Assembly (NCBI GenBank): GCA_963775425.1
Contig: CAVZJB010000012.1
Location: 32,001 to 96,000 of the forward strand
DNA from: an uncultured delta proteobacterium
Lineage (GTDB): Bacteria > Myxococcota > UBA727 > VGSZ01
Length of the DNA stretch: 64,000 nucleotides
Direction: 5' to 3'
Shown here: positions 1-10,201 of the stretch, piece after piece
Layout: each line of letters starts with the position of its first letter
Numbering within the stretch: position 1 is the stretch's first letter
Made by a program: the position numbers and the translations under genes
The notes under the pieces: generated by a model
Told to the model about the DNA's origin: nothing
The model's input: only the letters and a program-made list of their open reading frames with translations
Databases searched by the model: none

Positions 1-1476
1 CGCGTCCTGCGCGAGGGCGCCGAGGCCGAGGGCCGCGCCGAGCGCCTGGAAGCGCGGCGCCGCCGACGTCACAGATGCGCCGTCGCCGCCGAGGGTGGCG
101 CCGGCGATGGTGGTCGCCGTGGACGCGAGCTGGCGCCCGAGCGTCACGCCGGTCAGATCCGGCGGCAGCGCGTCGACCTTGTCGCGGTACTGCGACAGCG
201 CGTCGCCGAGCTTGCGATCGGACACGACGCGCGCGGCGCCGGCCACCAGCGCGCTCAGGCGCTGGCGCTCGCCGTGCCTGACGAGATCGGGGCCGCCCAA
301 GGCGACGCTGCGCAGGACGGCGTTGTCGAAGCCCGCGAGCTGCGCCTTGGCGTTCGGTCCGTGGGAGAGCACGCGCTTGCTCTCGTCGAGGAACGGGGCG
401 TCGCGCTCGATGGCGTCGCTGAGCATGCGCGCGCCGCTGTCGCGCTGCGCGAGCGCCGGCACCTGCGCGAGCGCCGCGCGGCTCGCGTCGCCGAGCGGCC
501 CGTCCTCGCGCGCGGCGGTGCCGGCGCCGGGGAGCGCGGCGGCGAGCGCGTGGGCGGCGTTGTCGGCGGCGGCGTAGTCGTCCTTGTGATCCGCCTTGTA
601 GGCGTCGATGCCCGCCTGGATGGCGCCGGGGCTCAAGGCGCCGCCCTTCTGCCACTGCTCCACGGTGATCGCGAGGCGCGCGTCGAGCATGGTGGCGGTC
701 TTGTTGGCGTCGGTGAACGTCTTCTTCGCGTCGTCGATGGCTTCGCCCGCCACCCGCGCGAGCCCCTTGTCGCTGCCGTCTTGCGTGAGGCCGGGCACGT
801 CCTTCGCCGACTGCGCCAGGCTCGTGGCGAACAACGCGCCCCTCCCGCTGGAGACCGCGCCCTTGATGCCGTCGACGAGCTCACCGGGGTTGTCGCCGTC
901 ACCCTTCAGCTCGCTCGGCAGCGCGCGCGCGACGGGATCGGTGATCTTGCGCGCGAGGCTCGGGCCGGCGGTCTCCGTCGCCGACGACAGATCCGCCACC
1001 GCGCGCTTGGTCTGATCACCCGTCAGCTTGTCGAGGCCGGCGCCGATGGCGCCGAGCGCGTGGTGCGTGTCGTCGAGGATCTGCGACTTCTCGGCGTGGG
1101 TCTTGTGCTGCAGCGACTGCGACAGCGTGCGCGCCGCCTGCATCACGGCCTTGCGCTTGCCGTCGTCGTCGTGGGCGGCGCTGATGGCCTTGGCGGCCTT
1201 GTTGATGGCGTGCGTCGCCTGCTGGGTCCGCGTCTTCGCCTCGGCATGCGTCGGCGCCGCGTGCGCGAACCGCGCCCGCGCCGCGTGCTGCACCTGCGCC
1301 GTCGCCTTCTTCGCCACCGCGTGCGTCGCCTTCGCGTTCGCGGCCGTCGCGTGGTGCGTGGGCGCGGCGTGGTCCGCGGAGGCCTTGTGCGTGGCCGCGT
1401 GGGGCACGGGCTTCGGCTTGGGCGGCGGCGGGGGAGGCGGGGGCGGACGGCGGGTGTGATCGACGGTGGAAGACAT
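1..1476 (-). CDS. Hypothetical Ala-rich helical protein with Pro/His/Lys-rich N-terminus, truncated by the window edge
   Basis: Read manually (absent from the ORF track because it has no stop in the window): ATG at 1476, MSSTVDHTRRPPPPPPPPPKPKPVPHAATHK..., open to position 1, GC3-rich codons, no signal peptide. Confidence 0.8.
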   Translation of the reverse strand, partial: MSSTVDHTRRPPPPPPPPPKPKPVPHAATHKASADHAAPTHHATAANAKATHAVAKKATAQVQHAARARFAHAAPTHAEAKTRTQQATHAINKAAKAISAAHDDDGKRKAVMQAARTLSQSLQHKTHAEKSQILDDTHHALGAIGAGLDKLTGDQTKRAVADLSSATETAGPSLARKITDPVARALPSELKGDGDNPGELVDGIKGAVSSGRGALFATSLAQSAKDVPGLTQDGSDKGLARVAGEAIDDAKKTFTDANKTATMLDARLAITVEQWQKGGALSPGAIQAGIDAYKADHKDDYAAADNAAHALAAALPGAGTAAREDGPLGDASRAALAQVPALAQRDSGARMLSDAIERDAPFLDESKRVLSHGPNAKAQLAGFDNAVLRSVALGGPDLVRHGERQRLSALVAGAARVVSDRKLGDALSQYRDKVDALPPDLTGVTLGRQLASTATTIAGATLGGDGASVTSAAPRFQALGAALGLGALAQDA

Positions 1477-1633
1477 GCGCCACGTATCGCGGCCGGGGCG
1501 CACTTCGGTGCACCTCCGCGCATCCCCGCACCGCCGTCGGTCGATCGACGGAGCCTCGCCCGGCGAGGCCGCATCGGACAGCGGCCCCGGCCCGGTCGAG
1601 CGGCTTCCCCCGAAGATCCGACTCGGCAAAGGT

Positions 1634-2458
1634 ATGTTCGTGTCGTACATCGGTCCTGTGCCGGATCAAGAGCAAGACGCGCAGCGCCAGGGGTGGAGCG
1701 GAGCGCGCAGCCCGCGGGGCCTGCCCGACATCGACGAGCTCGACCGGGTGTTGGAGCGCGCCCTGGCGGTCGCGCACGCCTATGTGAAGCAGCCGCGGCT
1801 CGAGCAGCTCATCGGACGGCTGTTGTCCGCGAGCGACGTCCTCGCCGCCCGCGGCATCACGGTGCCGCCGCGGGCGCTGCCGCTGCAGGTCCTCGAGGCG
1901 GTGGACGACCCGGAGGAGTGGTTCGCCCGCTACTACGACACGCTCCGCCTCGGCGTCCTCGAGGTCCTGCTGCACGAGGAGCTCGCCGAGTGGCAGCCGC
2001 TCGTGGACCAGATGCTCGCCGCCTTCCGCCGAAGCGAGCACGCGATGGTCTTGTGCAGCGGCCTCGCCATCCTCGAGAGCGTCATGGCCACCGCCGCCGG
2101 CGGCGCCCGCCCCGGGCTCGCCGCCGACACCAGCCCGCGGCGGGAGCGCGCGCTGCGCGGCCTGGCCGGACGCACGCTCGACCTGTCGGAGACGGACTGG
2201 GGCAGCACCCACCGCCACGTCCTCGGCTGGTCCCTCGACGCCGCCGTGACGCGCCTGCGCCCGAGCGGCGACGGCGGGCGCCACTGGACCATCGAGGGCC
2301 GCGACTCGCCGTCGGGTTGGACGCGCGAAGACGCGATGAAGGTGCTGAACGCCCTCGGCACCGCCGCCACGCTCTTGCCGCAGCGCCTGTCGAGAGACGC
2401 GCCCGCCCGCGTCTCCTTCGGGCCCACGCCCGCGCGCAGACAAGACCCGCTCCTGTGA
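1634..2458 (+). CDS. Hypothetical protein
   Basis: ATG at 1634 inside ORF 1466..2458; typical codon usage; no recognisable motif. Confidence 0.65.
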   Translation: MFVSYIGPVPDQEQDAQRQGWSGARSPRGLPDIDELDRVLERALAVAHAYVKQPRLEQLIGRLLSASDVLAARGITVPPRALPLQVLEAVDDPEEWFARYYDTLRLGVLEVLLHEELAEWQPLVDQMLAAFRRSEHAMVLCSGLAILESVMATAAGGARPGLAADTSPRRERALRGLAGRTLDLSETDWGSTHRHVLGWSLDAAVTRLRPSGDGGRHWTIEGRDSPSGWTREDAMKVLNALGTAATLLPQRLSRDAPARVSFGPTPARRQDPLL

Positions 2459-2552
2459 CGCGCGCTCCGTCCGGTCGCTGATCAAGCGCGGCCGCCGACG
2501 AACGATAGATCCCAGGTGTCGACGCCGTCGGAGCCGACGCGGAGGTGCCGCG

Positions 2553-3456
2553 ATGGATCCTCGAATCGATGCCGCGCTCCCGCCGCTGCCGCTCGCCGCC
2601 TGGCAAGACACCCGCGACACGCTGCACATGTGGATGCAAGTCGTCGGGAAGGTCGCGCTCGCCACCAGCGCGCTCACCAACCACTACTGGAACGCGGCGC
2701 TCGTCCTCACGCCGCGCGGCCTCGCGACACACCCGTTGTTCTTTCGCGACGTCGCCTTCGCCGTGACGTTCGACTTCGTCGCCGATCGCCTCGTCATCGA
2801 AGAGTCGAGCGGCGGCCGGCGCGAGCTCGCGCTCGAGCCGATGAGCGTCGCCGCCTTCTACGAGCGCCTGATGGGCGCCCTGAGAGACCTCGGCATCGAC
2901 GTCCACATCTGGACCACCCCGGTGGAGGTGGCGCGCGCGATCCCGTTCGAACGCGACGTCGAGCACTGCGCCTACGACGCCGCCCAGGCGCACGCGTTCT
3001 TCCGCGTCCTCGTCGGCGTCGAGCCCGTCTTCGAGCGGTTCCGCGCGGGCTTCGTCGGCAAGAGCAGCCCGCTGCACTTCTTCTGGGGCGCCTTCGACCT
3101 CGCGCTCACGCGGTTCTCGGGCCGCCGCACGCCCACGCTGGCCGACGACCCCGTCCAGCGCGAGGCGTACTCGCACGAGGTCATCAGCCACGGCTTCTGG
3201 CCCGGCGGCGGGGGCTACGAAGACGCCGCCTTCTACGCGTACGCCGCGCCGGAGCCGGCGGGCTTCGCGAGCGCTTCGGTGTCACCCCCCTCCGCCTTCT
3301 ACAGCGACGCCCTGCGCGAGATGGTCCTTCCCTACGAGGCGGTGCGCACGTCGCCGTCGCCGTCGTCGGCGCTCGGCGGATTCCTCGAGACCACCTACAC
3401 CGCGGCCGCCGACCTCGCGCGGTGGGACCGCGAGTCCCTCGAACGGAGGATTCTGA
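2553..3456 (+). CDS. DUF5996-like protein; runs in frame into the next gene, probably because of a 1-nt insertion at ~3451
   Basis: W..TRDTLHMWMQVVGKV...NHYWN, FVGKSSPLHFFWGAFDLALTRFSGR, EAYSHEVISHGFWPG motifs; deleting one T in GGATTCTGA gives ERRI-stop with TGA at 3454-3456. Confidence 0.75.
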
Positions 3457-3734
3457 TGGCGTGCTCTCACCTCGCGCAGGTGACGACGCTCAAAGCGCCG
3501 GGCCACGTGTGTGAAGAATGCGTTCGCATCGGCTCGGGCTGGGTGCACCTGCGCACCTGCGAGACCTGCGGCGTGACGCTCTGTTGTGACTCGTCGCCGA
3601 ACCGCCACGCACGCGCGCACGCGCTCGCCGCGGGCCACCCCGTGATCGCCTCGGCGGAGCCCGGCGAGCAGTGGCTGTACTGCTTCGTCGACGAGGAGCT
3701 CGCCGACATCGTGGGCGTGCCCGCGGAGCTGTGA
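3456..3734 (+). CDS. UBP-type zinc finger protein
   Basis: CSH...CEEC...WVHLRTCETCG...CCDSSPNRHARAH...GHP...SAEPGEQWLYCFVDE; GGAGG RBS at 3445-3449 and TGATG overlap. Confidence 0.85.
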   Translation: MACSHLAQVTTLKAPGHVCEECVRIGSGWVHLRTCETCGVTLCCDSSPNRHARAHALAAGHPVIASAEPGEQWLYCFVDEELADIVGVPAEL

Positions 3735-3827
3735 CGAAGAACTCTGACGTGAAGCGACGTCTGCGTGAATGTCGCGAGCGCGCGCGCCGGGGTTGTTCAC
3801 CGGCGTCGTGGCGGCTAGGTCCACCGG

Positions 3828-5758
<1,931 letters not shown>

Positions 5759-5762
<4 letters not shown>

Positions 5763-6091
5763 GCGAGCGCACGTTCAAGGTGACCTTCCTGCCGCTCGGA
5801 AAGACCGTCGAGGTCCCCGAGGGGTGGACGGTGCTCGACGCCGCGCTCAACCGCGACATCGACCTCGAGCACGCCTGCGGCGGCGTGTGCGCCTGCTCCA
5901 CGTGCCACGTCTGGGTCCGCGAGGGCTACGAGGACCTCCCCGACGCCAGCGACAAAGAAGAAGACATGCTCGACAACGCCGCGTGCCTGACGACGAAGAG
6001 CCGGCTGTCGTGCCAGGTCGAGGTGCACCGCGACCTCGTCGTCGAGATCCCCCCGATGTCGCGCAACCTCGTCGCCGAGGGCAAGCACTGA
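5759..6091 (+). CDS. fdx: ISC-type 2Fe-2S ferredoxin
   Basis: [15 protein letters not shown] ... EEDMLD ... SRLSCQ; ATGA overlap with hscA. Confidence 0.92.
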
Positions 6092-6942
6092 TGCACGCGC
6101 CGCGTGGGCAGCGCGCCCCACGACGACGGCCCCTGACGCGCGCGCCCGGCGGGCTCGCCCCCGCGCTCGCCCTCCTCGCGCTCGCGGCGTGTGGGCCGGC
6201 GGCAGCGCCGCCGCCACCGCCGCCGGACGACGTCGTCACCGCGTCCTGCGCCGCGCCGCCGGCGCACGATCTCCTCGGCACCACGGAGACCGAGCCCGGC
6301 TGGGACGAAGCGCTCGCCGCGCTCGACCTCGACGCGCTGCCCGCGCAGATCGACACGAGCGGCTTGAGCGCGCTCAGCCGCGATCTGGTCGCGTACATGC
6401 TCGAGACGCCGCCCGCCGAGCTCGTCGCCGTCGACCGCGACGCCGCGCGCCGCACGCCGCTCGGCGAGGCCGTGCTCGGCGCGTTCGCGAGCGCGGCCGC
6501 CGACGGCAGCGCGGGCGTCGACGTCGCCTTCCTGCGCCGCGGGCTGTTCGCGCGCTACGCCTGCGCGCGCCGGCAGCCCGTGCGCCTCGAGGACTTCCTC
6601 GCGGACTTCACGCCCGACGCCACCGAGGCGCTCGCGCGCTCGATCCCCAAGGCGCGCCCCCGCCGCCTGACGCACGGCACCGACGCCGCCGGCCACGACG
6701 TCTACCTGGGCGAGACGCTCCTCGACGACGGCAGCGTCCGCGAGACCGAAGCGCTCGTCCACGGCGCGCGCGCAGACGGCGCCGTCGACTTCCTCGCCTA
6801 CGACGCCGCCGGCGATCTCCACCGCAGCTCGGTGTTCGCCACGTCGTCGGGCGGAGACGTCCCCGGCCCCGTTCCCTTCGCCTGCATGGCGTGCCACCGC
6901 GACCTCGACGGCGGCACCGGCTTTACGCTCATCCGGCCCTGA
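6091..6942 (+). CDS. Lipoprotein with one C-terminal CxxCH (putative c-type cytochrome)
   Basis: TGATG coupling to fdx; lipobox LAAC; CMACH near C-terminus. Confidence 0.65.
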   Translation: MHAPRGQRAPRRRPLTRAPGGLAPALALLALAACGPAAAPPPPPPDDVVTASCAAPPAHDLLGTTETEPGWDEALAALDLDALPAQIDTSGLSALSRDLVAYMLETPPAELVAVDRDAARRTPLGEAVLGAFASAAADGSAGVDVAFLRRGLFARYACARRQPVRLEDFLADFTPDATEALARSIPKARPRRLTHGTDAAGHDVYLGETLLDDGSVRETEALVHGARADGAVDFLAYDAAGDLHRSSVFATSSGGDVPGPVPFACMACHRDLDGGTGFTLIRP

Positions 6943-6994
6943 GCGCGGCGACGACGTCGTCGTCAGCGACAAACGCCGTCCCGCGGTGGATGCA

Positions 6995-7375
6995 GAGGCT
7001 GACGCGTCACGTGTTGATCCGAGCCACCCGGAAGGGGCCGGTGCTACGGCCCAGGCCGTGGACGACCTCATCGGCCCCGAGCACCCGGCTCGCCTGATCG
7101 ACCGCGTGAGCGGCGGGGGCGAGCTCGACGGGCTCACAGCCAGCGCCAAGGCCGTGCAGTTTGGCGGTGGGCGCCCGATGACGAGCCCGCGGATGCTCCT
7201 GACGCTGTACGCGATAGGCCAAGGGCTCGGGAGCGTCCGGGAGATCGCGCGGCTGACGACGAACGACCACGCCTTCCGTTTCATCGTCGGCGACCTGCGC
7301 CCGAGTCACGACGTCATCGCCAGGTTCCGCGTCGATCACGGCGCCGCGTTCGACAAGCTCCTCGCCGTCAGCCTT
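6995..7375 (+). mobile_element. Internally deleted IS1182-like element, copy 1
   Basis: Terminal inverted repeat AGGCTGACG...CGTCAGCCT; encodes DUF772/InsH-N-like fragment (DLIGPEHPARLID...GRPMTSPRMLL.LY...SVREIAR...FRFIVGDLRPSHDVIARFR); related copy at 17657-17962. Confidence 0.7.
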
Positions 7376-7969
7376 TCAGTGCTTGCAGGTGCCGTCGTAG
7401 AAGACGCGGAAGGAGTCGCCGGTGTTGCTCGGGTCGATCGCCCGCTCGTAGCTGAAGGACTTGCCGTCCTCGGCCTTGGTGAAGGTCACCTTGAGCTTCA
7501 CGGGCTTTCCGTTCTTGGCGCTGTCGATGGTCCACCAAAACCGATCGCCCACCCAGCCCGACGACGTGCCTCGATAGAAGCCGCCCTGGCTGTCGGCGCC
7601 GTTTTGCACGAAGCCGCCGAGCGCCTTGGAAAAGCCCCAGAGCTCGTCGGCCTTGATGGCGTGCGGGTTGTCCTTGGACTTCTGCTCGTCGACGTGCACC
7701 GACAGCCAGCGCCCGAGGTCCGCACGGAAGCGCAGCGTGAAGCGCGTGGCCACGTCGGGCGCGAGCTCGGTGGCCGCCTTGCCGTCGCAGCGCCAGGTGC
7801 CCGTGAACAGCTTGAAGGCGTCCTTTTGCTCCTGCGGCTCCACGCTGTCGTCGACAACGGCGTCCTTGGCCTCGTCGGCGCTCGGGGCCTCGGCCCCCTT
7901 GGGTGTGGCCACGGGCTCGTCGCCGGCCGGGGAGGAGATCAGCAGGGTGAGGGCGCAGGGGAGGAGCAT
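7376..7969 (-). CDS. Secreted beta-rich hypothetical protein (DUF1579-like)
   Basis: Hydrophobic N-terminus; FTGTWRCDGK motif and beta-strand pattern. Confidence 0.65.
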   Translation of the reverse strand: MLLPCALTLLISSPAGDEPVATPKGAEAPSADEAKDAVVDDSVEPQEQKDAFKLFTGTWRCDGKAATELAPDVATRFTLRFRADLGRWLSVHVDEQKSKDNPHAIKADELWGFSKALGGFVQNGADSQGGFYRGTSSGWVGDRFWWTIDSAKNGKPVKLKVTFTKAEDGKSFSYERAIDPSNTGDSFRVFYDGTCKH

Positions 7970-7973
7970 GGGG

Positions 7974-10082
7974 TCATCCGCAGTCGGGATCGGGCTGGGC
8001 GCAGTTCAGGTCGCAGAAGCCGTCGCCGTAGAAGTTGTTGACCACGCAGGGGTCGTCGCAATCGGGATCGTGCTGCGGGCAGAAGGTGTCGCACTCGCGG
8101 TCGCCGTAGAAGTGGTTGACGGCGCAGTTGTCGTCGCAGTCGTCGTCGTGTTGGGCGCAGTCCTGGTCGCAGCGGAGGTCGTTGTAGCGGTGCTCGACGA
8201 CACACGGGTCGTTGCAGTCGGGGTCGGGGGAGCCGCAGTTGGTGTCGCAGAACTTGTCGCCGTAGAAGCCGTCCTGGACGCAGAAGTCGCTGCAGTCCGG
8301 GTCGGGCTGGTCACAGAAGGTGTCGCAGACACGATCGTTGTAGTCGCCGTTGATGACGCAGGTGTCGCTGCAGTCCGGGTCGGGTTGGTCGCAGAAGGTG
8401 TCGCAGGTCAGGTCGCCGTACAGCCCGTTCTGCTCGCAGAAGTCCGGGGCGCAGTCGGGGTCGGGCTGGGGACAGAAGGTGTCGCAGCTCCCGTCGCCGT
8501 ACCAGCCGTTCTGCTCGCAGACGTCGGAGGGGGTGTCGCAGTCCGGGTCAGGTTGCGGGCAGAAAGTGTCGCAGACGCCGTCGCCGTACCAGCCGTTGGC
8601 CTCGCAAGTGTCGGTCTGGCAGTCCTCGGTGTCCGGCTGCGGACAGAAGGTGTCGCAGGTGCCGTCGCCGTACCAGCCGTTTTTGGCGCAGATGTCGTCG
8701 CAGTCGGGGTCGGGCTGGGCGCAGAACGTGTCGCACGAGCCGTCGCCGTAGTAGCCGTTCTGTTCGCAGATGTCGACGGCGCAGTCGGGGTCGGGCTGCG
8801 GGCAGAAGGTGTCGCAGGTGCCGTCGCCGTACCAGCCGTTGCGCCCGCAGACGTCGTCGCAGGCGGGGTCGGGGCGCGGGCAGAAGGTGTCGCAGACGGC
8901 GTCGTCGTACCAGCCGTTCTGGTCGCAGATATCGCTGCAGTCCGGGTCGGGGCGGGGGCAGAAGTTGTCGCATTCGCCGTCGCCGTAGAAGCCCGAGAGG
9001 GCGCAGAAGTCGAGGCAGCCGAGGACATCGGGCAGGGCGCAGTCGGTGTCGCAGGTGAAGTCGAGGTAGCGCCCGTCGGCCGCGCAGGGGTCGCCGACGC
9101 AGGAGCCGGCGGAGCAGGACTGGCCGGCGGCGCAGGCGTTGCCGCAGCCGCCGCAGTTGTGGGCGTCGGTGCTGGTGTCGACGCACTTGTCCCCGCACTC
9201 CTGCGCGCCGTCGAGGCAGCCGGCGCGGCAGGTGCCGTTTTCACAGGTCTCGCGCGGCCCGCAGGCCTGGCCGCAGCGCCCGCAGTTGTGCTCGTCGTCG
9301 CCCAGGGAGACGCAGGTGCCGCCGCAGTTGGTGCGGCCGTCCTGGCACAGCGGGGTGCAGGTGCCGTTGAAGCAGCCGTCGCCGTCGCGGCAGGCGTGGC
9401 CGCAGCCGCCGCAGTTGTCGGCGTCGCGGTTGGTGTCCGTGCAGCGCCCGCCGCACGCGGTCTCGGGCGCGATGCAGCCCGCGGTGCTGCACGCGCCGCG
9501 CACGCAGGTCTCGCCCGGCTGGCAGCGGGTGCCGCAGTCGCCGCAGTTCTTCGGGTCGTTGCTCGTGTCGACGCAGGAGTCGCTGCACAGGCGCTCGCCG
9601 ACCGGGCACGACGCGCGGCAGCCGCCGTGCGAGCACACGGCCTGCCCGGGGCAGGCGAAGCCGCAGCCGCCGCAGTTTTGCAGATCGGATTGCACGTCGA
9701 CGCAGTCGCGGCCGCACAGGCGCTCACCGGCCTTGCACGCCGTTACGCACACGCTGCGGTCGCAGAGCTGGCCGTCGCCGCAGGCGGTGTCGCAGTCGCC
9801 GCAGTGAGCGTCGTTGGAGGTGGTGTCGACGCACTCGTTGCCGCACTGGGTCTTGCCGCCGCAGCCGCCGCCCTGCTCGCCGGTGCACAGGCCCTCGATG
9901 CAGTTCTGTCCGGGGGCGCAGAGGTGGCCGCAGCCGCCGCAGTTGGTGGGGTCGCCCTGGACGTCGGTGCAGGTGCCGTTGCACTCGCGCTCGGTGGCGA
10001 GGCAGTCGACGGGCTCGACGTCGTTCGGGCAGCCCGCCAGGCCAAGGACACCGACGACGACGACGAGACTCCACCCACGCAT
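7974..10082 (-). CDS. Cys-rich repeat lipoprotein: 7 myxobacterial CxDxxxDxxNCGxCGxxC repeats plus ~14 C-terminal 4-Cys repeats
   Basis: GGAGG RBS, ATG at 10082, lipobox LAGC, two repeat blocks visible in translation. Confidence 0.9.
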   Translation of the reverse strand: MRGWSLVVVVGVLGLAGCPNDVEPVDCLATERECNGTCTDVQGDPTNCGGCGHLCAPGQNCIEGLCTGEQGGGCGGKTQCGNECVDTTSNDAHCGDCDTACGDGQLCDRSVCVTACKAGERLCGRDCVDVQSDLQNCGGCGFACPGQAVCSHGGCRASCPVGERLCSDSCVDTSNDPKNCGDCGTRCQPGETCVRGACSTAGCIAPETACGGRCTDTNRDADNCGGCGHACRDGDGCFNGTCTPLCQDGRTNCGGTCVSLGDDEHNCGRCGQACGPRETCENGTCRAGCLDGAQECGDKCVDTSTDAHNCGGCGNACAAGQSCSAGSCVGDPCAADGRYLDFTCDTDCALPDVLGCLDFCALSGFYGDGECDNFCPRPDPDCSDICDQNGWYDDAVCDTFCPRPDPACDDVCGRNGWYGDGTCDTFCPQPDPDCAVDICEQNGYYGDGSCDTFCAQPDPDCDDICAKNGWYGDGTCDTFCPQPDTEDCQTDTCEANGWYGDGVCDTFCPQPDPDCDTPSDVCEQNGWYGDGSCDTFCPQPDPDCAPDFCEQNGLYGDLTCDTFCDQPDPDCSDTCVINGDYNDRVCDTFCDQPDPDCSDFCVQDGFYGDKFCDTNCGSPDPDCNDPCVVEHRYNDLRCDQDCAQHDDDCDDNCAVNHFYGDRECDTFCPQHDPDCDDPCVVNNFYGDGFCDLNCAQPDPDCG
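7977..9092 (-). repeat. Coding tandem repeat, ~14 x 26-29 aa (DxCxxNGWYGDGxCDTFCPQPDPDC)
   Basis: Recurring gcagaaggtgtcgcag and cagtcggggtcgggc at ~78-87 nt period, in frame. Confidence 0.9.
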
Positions 10083-10201
10083 TGACGCCTCCAAGGCCCG
10101 GACGCGGCCAGGCTACCCCTGTTTTCGGCTGGTCCGCGAATTGCGACCGGAGGGAGCGGCCGCGCCGGAAGAGACCCGGGATCACTCCCGGCTCGTGCGG
10201 C

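Noticed and set aside
274-2680. Long ORFs 274..2481(+) and 1016..2680(-)
   Set aside because: Shadow frames in GC-rich DNA; the better-supported genes are 1..1476(-) and 1634..2458(+)
2553-3734. Novel DUF5996-ZnF-UBP fusion protein (393 aa ORF)
   Set aside because: Internal GGAGG RBS and TGATG overlap, and the junction lies on the recurrent CAGAATC motif; two genes is more likely
6986-8041. 351-aa transposase-like ORF
   Set aside because: Only the first ~125 aa are transposase-like; the rest is antisense to gene 7376..7969
7977-9092. Periodic ~80 nt DNA repeats that look like a CRISPR array
   Set aside because: In-frame protein repeats with synonymous variation and no unique spacers
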